Source: Paramicrosporidium saccamoebae KSL3
Taxonomy: Eukaryota > Fungi > Cryptomycota
Length of the DNA stretch: 9,858 bases
Reading direction: 5' to 3'
NCBI GenBank assembly: GCA_002794465.1
Contig: MTSL01000103.1
Coordinates: forward strand, 1-9,858
Shown: positions 1 to 7,700 of the stretch, piece after piece
How positions within the stretch are numbered: position 1 is the stretch's first letter
Layout: every line of letters begins with the position of its first letter
Notes under the pieces: model-generated
Seen by the model: only the letters and a program-made list of their open reading frames with translations
Databases searched by the model: none
What the model was told of the DNA's origin: nothing
Program-made: the position numbers and the translations under genes

Positions 1-624
1 TTTGTCACTGGGTTGTTGATGTAGACGTCAGTCAACAAGAGTGTCTCGTCTCCCTTACAATGCCACCTCTCCTCCACCGAGACTAGTAGTTTCTATAGTA
101 TTACACTTGTATTTGGTGCTACTGACTCGTGTGGGATACAGAGGGACCGGAGGGCGGGCGGAATTGCCCTCCGTATAAAATCGACATCCAACGCATCCAA
201 ATTCGCCACCCTCCCCTTAATCGACATGTCAATGACAATTTCCAGCACCTTGCATTTTTCCAATATTGTAGATTGGCGAGTACCCGCAAAGAATGTAATC
301 ACCCGCTGGAGTCTGGTGAGAAACTCGGAGAGTATGGCGGCATGGGTTTCCAATTCTTCATTCCATAAGCACGTGGCGGTCAAGTAGCCGAACCGAGTCT
401 TGCTAACTAGCGCATAATAGTTACCCATCGAGACTATCCTAGATTTCCGCGAGTCTAACAGCTGTAATATGCGATAGTCCAATGTATCATCCAATTCCTC
501 ATCGACCGGTACTATTGCTTAGTGTTCTTTGCCTTACAATGGTACTGGCATCTCGTAACAAGAAACGCTGAGCTTTCGAGGTGTACAATGCCACTCGGTG
601 TATTGAGGGAATCTCACTTGGCAT
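1..624 (-). CDS. Highly divergent adaptor-complex medium-subunit-like protein (N-terminal longin domain plus start of a mu-homology domain; AP mu / delta-COP family). Predicted exons 624-546, 511-123, 92-<1; 3' end lies beyond the window
   Basis: Manual splicing joins ATG 624 (MPSEIPSIHRVALYTSKAQRFLLRDA) to track ORF 93..494 through a 34-nt GT-AG intron. A 30-nt intron then removes the TAG at 95-93 and joins a frame that is open to the window edge (KLLVSVEERWHCKGDETLLLTDVYINNPVT). By-eye similarity to AP mu subunits: SRIVSMG..YLTAT ~ SPILAHG..YLVAT; SEFLTRLQRVI ~ FSFLYKVVQVF; ILEKCKVLEIVID..GR ~ IRDNFVIIYELLDE..GY; LRSLCIPHESKLLVSVEE ~ WRSEGIKYRKNEVFLDVIE. No database search was run. Confidence 0.6.
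93..122 (-). other. Predicted 30-nt spliceosomal intron (phase 0) in the mu-like gene
   Basis: GTAGCA...GTGTAAT-ACTATAG. Its length is a multiple of 3 and its acceptor TAG is the in-frame stop. The same frame stays open downstream and resembles the start of a mu-homology domain. The donor is weak. Confidence 0.5.
512..545 (-). other. Predicted 34-nt spliceosomal intron (phase 1) in the mu-like gene
   Basis: GTACCA...CACTAAG-CAATAG. Removing it joins the upstream open frame (ATG 624) to the 93..494 frame. Confidence 0.6.
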
Positions 625-814
625 TGATTGGCTGTCCAATTCAAAATCCGGAAATAGTCGAAAGTGCTAACTATGGCAGCATGTGGGATTGTATTAAAGA
701 CTACAGGGAATTAGGAGGCAATCGTTACTCATGTAGATTAAAAGGTTGCATTCTGTGAAACGAATATACACGGGGATTGTGATAGTCCAACCAGACCAAT
801 TGGCGCCATTGTTC

Positions 815-1382
815 ATGACGCTTCGACGGAGACAGAGCGAGGTCCCTGAACAATTGACGCTTGATGAAGTAGGTATGCCTTTTGTCTAGGATGTAGAGCT
901 GGTCATAGAGCAGGATTTGGTCGTGCAAGAGATTGTTGACACGGCGGCAATGTCAGAATTCTATTTCGATATTGCCCTGCTGATTGTAGGTCTGGTCCTT
1001 GCCCTCTCGTACACCTTGTCTCCATTACTAACAGGACAGAATTATCGTTTGGAGTTGGAAGGTGCCCAATGTCCGGGTGCACTTTATCTTTACCTCCCTC
1101 CTTCTGCCCTGCGGCCTCTTTCTGCGAGTCACTGCCCGTCCCATCGCACTTTACCTCACCTCATTTATCGTGTTGCTTGTTGTTTTGGGTGATTTTTTTG
1201 CGTTGGTAGTGCCTGCGTTTATATCGCCGCACGTGGCAGGGACGGCGGCGTTTGTTCTGATGATGGATGCGGCATGCATGATGTTTTTGGCGGCAGTATT
1301 GTATGCAGGACAGGCAAAGGAAGAGGTTAGAGAGGACATTAAAAAGTTGAAAGAGTCAAAGTATAATCTAGCACCCGCATAA
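815..1382 (+). CDS. Uncharacterised small multi-pass membrane protein (~170 aa, about 4 TM segments). Predicted exons 815-872, 897-1008, 1040-1382
   Basis: Track ORFs 917..1192 and 1062..1382 are in different frames and are joined by a 31-nt intron with a perfect TACTAAC. A 24-nt intron extends the gene to ATG 815. Product: MTLRRRQSEVPEQLTLDEVELVIEQDLVVQEIVDTAAMSEFYFDIALLIVGLVLALS|IIVWSWKVPNVRVHFIFTSLLLPCGLFLRVT...EEVREDIKKLKESKYNLAPA. It has a charged N-terminus, hydrophobic segments and a charged C-terminal tail. An alternative start is ATG 950. Confidence 0.7.
873..896 (+). other. Predicted 24-nt intron (phase 1)
   Basis: GTATGC...ATGTAG. Length is a multiple of 3 and it contains the in-frame TAG at 887-889. 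The branch motif is weak, and an alternative 21-nt intron (869-889) is possible. Confidence 0.45.
1009..1039 (+). other. Predicted 31-nt intron (phase 2)
   Basis: GTACAC...TACTAAC-AGGACAG. Using AG 1038-1039 restores the frame of the TM-rich ORF. Using AG 1033-1034 does not. Confidence 0.8.
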
Positions 1383-1854
1383 GCACGGCCATTGATGGAG
1401 GGGGGTGTCTGATTCATTGTATTAGTGAGATTTGTAAAGGATGCGTTGATGAGCAAGAATAGTTTAAAGTATGGGGCGCCTTTATAGGCCGCCATCCGAC
1501 GAGGTTAGCTGTAGGGTAGCATAAATATCTAGGTTGGCATTGCCAATTACAAGCGAATGTACCGGTTATTGATAATTAGTAAATGTACTATCCCACAATA
1601 AACCTTTTGTTAGAGATGTATGGATAGCATATATGCTCTCACGGGGACTATTGGAGATTTATGCCAAGTGGATATGCCCTCTCAAGATGGGTCTTGGAAT
1701 CTCTGAACCGCTTACCCTCTCGCAGCACGACTTGACCTGTTATTATCTCGTAGCACAACCTGGCCGGTTGCTCTATTACGGCATAACCCGACTCGATGCT
1801 CTCTCGTGGTACAAACCACATACATTGCCGTTAGGGTGACCCTTGCTGATCAAA

Positions 1855-3891
1855 ATGGACGAGCAGCCTCGTCAGGCCAGAGTACGCACTTTCATCCAGA
1901 CCATTTATTTGTAGGTAAAGAATAAGGCACCTGCGCCTATCCAAATATCCGCAGAACAGCTCCTTAGGGAGGCTTCTGAGCGACTGGACCCGCTGGACAC
2001 ATCCCGCAAAGTCAAGCCCATTGAGAATGAAAGCACCGATGACTTTCGTCTCCGTAATAGACAGTTCTTTGAGGATAAGCTGCGTCGTGACCGGAACCAG
2101 TTGGGTGTCTGGCTGCGCTATGCTGCCTTTGAAGAATCACAGAGGGAGTATGCACGCGCACGGTCCGTATACGAAAGAGCGCTGGACGTGGACCCTTATA
2201 ATGTTACCGTGTTCCTAAAATATGCCGAAATGGAAATGAAGCTGAAGCATGTGAACATGGCCAGGAATATTTGGGACCGGGCAGTGACGATACAGCCGCG
2301 AGTTGATCAGTTTTGGTACAAATTTGCCTACATGGAAGAGACACTTGGAAACTTGGACGCCGCCAGGGAGATTTATGAACGGTGGATGAGATGGGAGCCA
2401 GAGGAGGCCATTTGGCAGTCTTACATCAAGTTTGAACGGCGATACAAGCAGTGGAATCGTATCAGGATGCTGTACAAACGGCTAGTCGAACTCCATCCAA
2501 CAGTGACTTCATGGTTGCAGTATGCCAAATTTGAGGAAGATGGCCGGCATTTTGACCAGGCACGCACTGTATTTGAGCAGGCCGCAGAACAACTGGATGC
2601 AAAGCAGAGAGAACCCAAGTTGTTTGTTGAATTTGCTCGTTTTGAGGTTCGAATGAAAGAATTTGACAGAGCCAGAGTTATTTATAGATTTGCATTAGAT
2701 TTGTTTCCGAAATCGGAGGCAGAAGGTTTATACAATTCATATGCGCAGTTTGAGCGACAGTTTGGGGATGACAGTTCCATGCAAGAGGTCATTATGCTAA
2801 AGAGACGCACCTTGTATGAAGAAAAGGTCGGCACTGATCCATTTGACTATGACAGTTGGTTTGATTACCTGCGACTGGAGGAGGAAAATGGCGACATTGA
2901 CATTATTCGCGAAGTCTATGAAAGAGCCATTGCAAATATTCCCCCGGCCGAGGAGAAGCGTCTGTGGCGTCGGTACATTTACTTGTGGATCTACTATGCC
3001 GTTTTTGAAGAGTTGGTTGCCGCCGACATTGACAGATCTCGGGCAGTATATAAGGCCATCATTGATCTCGTCCCACACCGTCAATTCACATTTGCCAAAC
3101 TATGGACACTCTTTGCGCGCTTCAACCTTCGTCACAGCGACGTAACCTCTGCTCGTAAGACATTTGGAACTGCTTTGGGTCTCGCAGCAAAGCCCAAAAT
3201 CTACAAAGATTACATTGAGATGGAGATGCAGCTCCGCGAATTCGATCGCTGTCGCATCATTTACGAAAAGTTTTTAGAATACGATCCGACTAACGCGACC
3301 ACGTGGCTTCGTTATGCCGAATTAGAGAGACTATTGTTGGATGATGAGCGTGCGCATGCCATTTATGAATTGGCCATTGACCAGCCAGTGGACATGCCAG
3401 AGCTAGTCTGGAAGTCCTACATTGACTACGAGTACGAATCGGACAATTACGACGGCGCGCGCGATCTTTATGAGCGGTTGCTACAAAAGACGGAACATTT
3501 AAAGGTGTGGGTCAGTTATGCCAATTTTGAGACATCCGTTCCCTCTGTCGATGCAATGGATCGTGCCCGTGCCGTCCTCCAGCGAGCCTACGATTCCCTG
3601 AAGGAACAAGGTCTGACCACTGAACGAATCCTTCTTCTCGAAGCATGGAAAGATCTCGAGCTGCGCAATGATTCTACTGCAAATTTGGACACTTTAATGG
3701 CCCGATTCCCACGCATCGTGCCCAAACGCCGAGAAACAGACGAAGGTTGGGAAGAATATACCGAGTACATTTTCCCTGAAGATGAAGTCAAACAGCCCGC
3801 CAGCAAGCTGCTTGCCCTTGCACATAAATGGAAAAAGGCCAAGACTGGAGATCCAACCCATGACAACGACAGTGGTAATGGCATGGAATAA
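1855..3891 (+). CDS. CLF1: Pre-mRNA splicing factor Clf1/Syf3/crooked-neck (HAT/TPR-repeat NTC component), 667 aa. Exons 1855-1881 and 1915-3891
   Basis: The N-terminus after splicing is MDEQPRQAR|VKNKAPAPIQISAEQLLREA, the crooked-neck hallmark motif. It is followed by many HAT repeats (RARSVYERALDVD, ARNIWDRAVT..PRVDQFWYKFAYMEE, YDSWFDYLRLEE, WRRYIYLWIYYAVFEEL) and the C-terminal WEEYTEYIFPEDE...KLLALAHKWKK. The track ORF begins at an internal TTG (2101). Confidence 0.97.
1882..1914 (+). other. 33-nt intron (phase 0) in CLF1
   Basis: GTACGC...TTTGTAG. It sits exactly before the conserved VKNK motif, and its acceptor TAG is an in-frame stop. Confidence 0.85.
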
Positions 3892-3988
3892 AGAGACTAA
3901 TTGTATCAATGTGCTACAGTCAACTAGCTTACAGGTTGGATTTCTTTGAGCTAAATTCTAGTATTTTAATAAGAGGAACCCCAGTAAC

Positions 3989-4060
3989 GCCTGCATAGCT
4001 TAGTGGTAGAGCGTCAGTCTTGTAAACTGAAGGTCCCCGGTTCAATCCCGGGTGTAGGCT
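3989..4060 (+). tRNA. tRNA-Thr (anticodon UGU), intronless
   Basis: Full cloverleaf: acceptor stem GCCTGCA/TGTAGGC, D arm GCTT-AGTGGTA-GAGC, anticodon stem TCAGT/ACTGA with loop CT-TGT-AA (anticodon 4021-4023), T arm CCCGG-TTCAATC-CCGGG. No encoded CCA. Confidence 0.97.
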
Positions 4061-4061
4061 C

Positions 4062-4067
4062 TTTTTT
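4062..4067 (+). terminator. RNA polymerase III terminator (T6)
   Basis: TTTTTT begins two bases after the tRNA discriminator base. Confidence 0.85.
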
Positions 4068-4439
4068 GCCAAAATGTGAGTGTACGTATGCGTTGATGTC
4101 CGTTTACGGTGAGCGTAATGCTGGTTTAATTAGTGTGGCAAGTATTAATAAAATACGTATTTGATAAGATTATCATGTTGCGTAGTGGGGACAATACCAC
4201 GGACTTTGTCACGCGGGAACCCGTTCACTGCTAATCCAGCAGTCTATTCATGGTCTCACAAATAACGTAGTAATCCTAACATGCTGAAGATCTATTATCC
4301 TTCATGGATTGTTCCGATTATCTCTTCCCCAACTAGGGAACCATCCTCAAATACCCAACTAACCAATCCTCTACGTCACAATTATGTGTCCAGAATGAGG
4401 GGTTCAAGACACCAGTACACGTTACCTATCCGCCAGCAG

Positions 4440-4589
4440 GTATGCCCTGAGCTCGTGACTGTATGCGCCCTCGACTCGTGACTACATATGCCCTAAATTC
4501 GTACCAAGACATGCTCTAACTCGTACACCAGACTCGCGCCTGGATACACCTTCAACTCACACCAAACTCACCAAACTCACACCAAACTT
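4440..4589. repeat. Degenerate non-coding tandem-repeat array: about five 21-23-nt units grading into 9-11-nt CCAAACTCA(CA) units
   Basis: Units: gtatgccctgagctcgtgact / gtatgcgccctcgactcgtgact / acatatgccctaaattcgtacca / agacatgctctaactcgtacacc / agactcgcgcctggatacacc / ttcaactcacacc / aaactcacc / aaactcacacc / aaactt. Confidence 0.65.
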
Positions 4590-4616
4590 GTGTGCTAGAC
4601 CCGTGCCGTACTTTGA

Positions 4617-4630
4617 TTTTTTTATAAATA
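4617..4630 (+). promoter_or_regulatory. T-tract and TATA-like element upstream of KOG1
   Basis: T7 running into TATAAATA (TATAAA at 4623-4628), about 160 nt upstream of ATG 4785. Motif match only. Confidence 0.35.
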
Positions 4631-4784
4631 TATTGTGGACCTCATCTTGAAGACTGAAGGTATCGATGCATCGCCATTCCGTCAAAGACGTGTCCGAGTG
4701 GTGCACGACGAGTCTAATCATCGGTCGAATACCCCGGCTGCAGGACAGACAATTTAATCGTTTCTCAAAGGACCGTATTGTGGG

Positions 4785-7700
4785 ATGGCCGATAAGCTCA
4801 GCAGAGGAGGGAGCACACCGGCGCTCAGTGTTGACCTGACACGTAGCCGGTCAGGCGAGTCATTGACACTGGGAGATGGACGTGGGGATTGGCGCATCCG
4901 GTCCCGTACACGCACCGTCTCTGCGGGCCTTGTGCTGTGTCTGCATTTGGGCGTGGACCCGCCGGACGTACACAAAACAACCCCCACAGCGCGGCTGGAA
5001 TGCTGGACGGACCCGGGAGAGGGAAAGGCACGTGATAGTATCGCCCGGAATATCCAACAACAATATGAATTCTGGCAGCCGCGGGCAAGATACAAGACGG
5101 TAGTGGATCCGACGACGGAGGAGCTGCGGAAAGCGTGTCAATCAATGCGAAGAGGCGCCAAGGAAGAGCGCGTCTTATTGCATTACAATGGCCACGGGGT
5201 TCCAAGAGCAACTCGAGGCGGTGAATTGTGGGTGTTTAACAAACAATTCACTCAATATATTCCAGTGGCTGTTTCAGAGATTGTCCAATGGATAGAGACA
5301 CCGGCGTTGATTGTATTAGATTGTAGTGCGGCAGGAAACATTTACAACGTCTGTCGTCGTTTAGCCGATGGCGGGGCAGATGTATTAGTGTTAGCAGCGT
5401 GCGGAGCAGATGAAGTGTTGCCAATGGCGCCAGAGATGCCGGCTGATATTTTCACTTCTTGTCTGACGACACCAATGGAAATTGCTATTCGTTGGCACAT
5501 TTACCGCTCGGGGCCGCTGATGCCAGACATTAGTTTGGAACGGGCAATGAGCATTTCCGGTCGATTAGGCGATCGTCGTACTCCGTTGGGCGAACTGAAT
5601 TGGATTTTAACTGCCATCACTGATACCATTGCATGGACAATTCTGCCCCGTGAGATATTTAAACGATTGTTCCGTCAGGACGTGTTGGTGGCGTCGCTGT
5701 TCCGCAACTTTCTGCTGGCAGTGCGGATTTTGAAGAGTTTGCGTTGCAATGCATTATCGTGGCCGCAGATCCCAGGGAGCACTGTGGCCAATCACGAAAT
5801 GTGGCAGGCGTGGGATCAGGCATTGGATTTTTGTTTGTCACAGTCCCAAGACAGTCCCACGGTGTATGAGACGAGTGCATTCTTCACAAGCCAATTAGAC
5901 TCATTTGAGCTGTGGATTGAGCAGCGCAGCCTGATGGGCTCAATGCCGTGTACGGCGCCACACTTGGCCATCCTTCTACAAGTACTGCTGAGTCAGACCC
6001 ATCGCAGTAGGGCTCTCCATCTGTTGGGGATCTTTGCCGACATGGGAGATTGGGCCATTCTGGACGCACTGCATGTGGGCATTTTTCCCTATCTGCTCAA
6101 ACTGTTTCAGTCGCCTGCTCCTGAGATCCGCTATCCATTGTTGTATCTATGGCATCGGATTCTGTTGTTTGATCGAGAGGTTGCCGTGGATCTGCGCAAA
6201 GACGGAGGTTATTTGGTGCGTACACTGATTGAGCCACTGGAAGAGAGTATTGATCAGTATGAAATCCGTGCCATGGCTCTGACCTGTCTCTGTCTGGTGG
6301 GAAAGGAGGGTGGTCTATACATGGGCGATGCAATTAATGGCGATGTAAATGTCCTCAAACGATTGACTGAGACTCTGATTGGCTTTGCAACCGGTGCAGC
6401 GTTGGCATTGTCTGAATGGGCTTTCCACGGTCTCGCCATGATTATATCTAGCACTGAAAGCGATCAAATGGAAGCCTCAAAGTCCGAATTGTCCAAAAAG
6501 GCAAATACAGAAGCATCCAAGACAACGACAAACGTGGAAACACCCAAAACAACGAAAAACTTGGAAACACCCAAAACAACGAAAAACTTGGAAACACCCA
6601 AAACAACGACGGACGCGGAAACACTCAGAACAACGACAAACACGGAAACACCTAAAACAGCAAGTCTCATCTTGAATGTCATAGCCTTGCAATTGGACAG
6701 GCTCATTTCGGTTTTGGATTGCGAGCGATGTGAAAATCGAAGTGCAGCTGTTCATTTATTGGGATGCTTAGTGCCATTGTTGGAGGAAGATCAGGAACCG
6801 GAATTAGAGGTAATTTATTCATTGTTAAAGTGTGCAAATGATTGTCATCCGAGGATTCGGGTAGAGGTGGTCATTGCCTTGTCTAAGCTGGTTGCACGTC
6901 ACAGCAGCAAGTTTATTCTGACGGCGTACGATCTGTGGAATGACCATCAGGGATCGTCTCTAGTGGCCCCTGGGACTGGGGATGTTGTACGACATCCAGG
7001 AGTATACACTTTGGTGTGGAAGACGTGTCTCATCCTCTCCATTGATCCGCAGCCCGAAGTGTCCTCGCTGGCAAGTCGTCTAGTCGATGAGATTCATATG
7101 GGCTTTTTGTTTCCCAGCAAAGCAACCGACTCAGATCAGTGCAAGGTGCTCTTTGTCAATACCCCCTATTCAACATCCACCCATCCCGCTAATCCAATGT
7201 CAGGCTTGGTTAATGGAACGCGCATCCTAAGCAGTGCTCTCCCTTTGCAGAGTGCTTTGCTGATAAATTCAGCCACGGCCTTTGCAGAGTATCAGAAGCG
7301 TCGACGTATTTTGATACAGCGTCGGGAGGACGATGTTGTGCAGGCACGAATCCGGAAACTACAAAGACTTGGCTCAGATGAGGTGTGTCGTTGGAACAGT
7401 ATGGATGAGCGCAAATTTGACCATCCCGCCGGCGTCATGGCAGACACGGCATTGGTGAGCTCTATGGTGTTCCATCCATTGGAGGATCAGCTAATCACAG
7501 CTGATGCACGTGGGGTGGTGGCAGTATGGGACATTACCGAGGAACGCAAGATTAACTCTATTTCGGTAAATGGAAAGATTACGGGGGTGGCCTGTGTGGA
7601 TTGGGATCCGGTAAAGCTACTGGTGGGCACTGCCGACGGTATAGTTCGAATGTATTCAGACTTTGCCACGGGATCCTCTGAAATTCGTGCATCGTGGAAC

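Noticed and set aside
129-758. Plus-strand ORFs 129..368 and 522..758
   Set aside because: Both are antisense to the mu-like gene and show no recognisable motifs.
725-928. 67-aa minus-strand ORF that looks protein-like
   Set aside because: It starts at TTG with no ATG before the upstream stop. It lies antisense to exons 1-2 of the membrane-protein gene (ATG 815), so it is best explained as a shadow ORF.
1151-1495. 114-aa minus-strand ORF
   Set aside because: It is mostly the antisense shadow of the hydrophobic TM exon and has no recognisable family.
1534-1637. Short palindromes TTGGCA-T-TGCCAA (1534-1546) and AGCATATATGCT (1626-1637)
   Set aside because: They are too short and isolated to distinguish from chance.
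2021-3909. Small ORFs overlapping CLF1 (2021..2218, 2421..2618, 2797..3084, 2816..3145, 3588..3884, 3694..3909)
   Set aside because: These are alternative-frame or antisense ORFs inside a confidently identified gene.
4281-4481. 66-aa plus-strand ORF in the tRNA-KOG1 spacer
   Set aside because: It has no recognisable motif and runs into the non-triplet repeat array.
4440-4589. Repeat array considered as a CRISPR array
   Set aside because: There are no identical repeats separated by unique spacers, no cas genes, and the context is eukaryotic.
3989-4620. tRNA plus downstream sequence considered as a tRNA-derived SINE
   Set aside because: The tRNA is structurally perfect and is followed immediately by a T6 terminator. 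There is no poly(A) tail or target-site duplication.
6464-6755. Antisense ORFs 6464..6706 and 6477..6755 with VVLGVS and CFRCF repeats
   Set aside because: They are by-products of the 27-bp coding minisatellite in KOG1.
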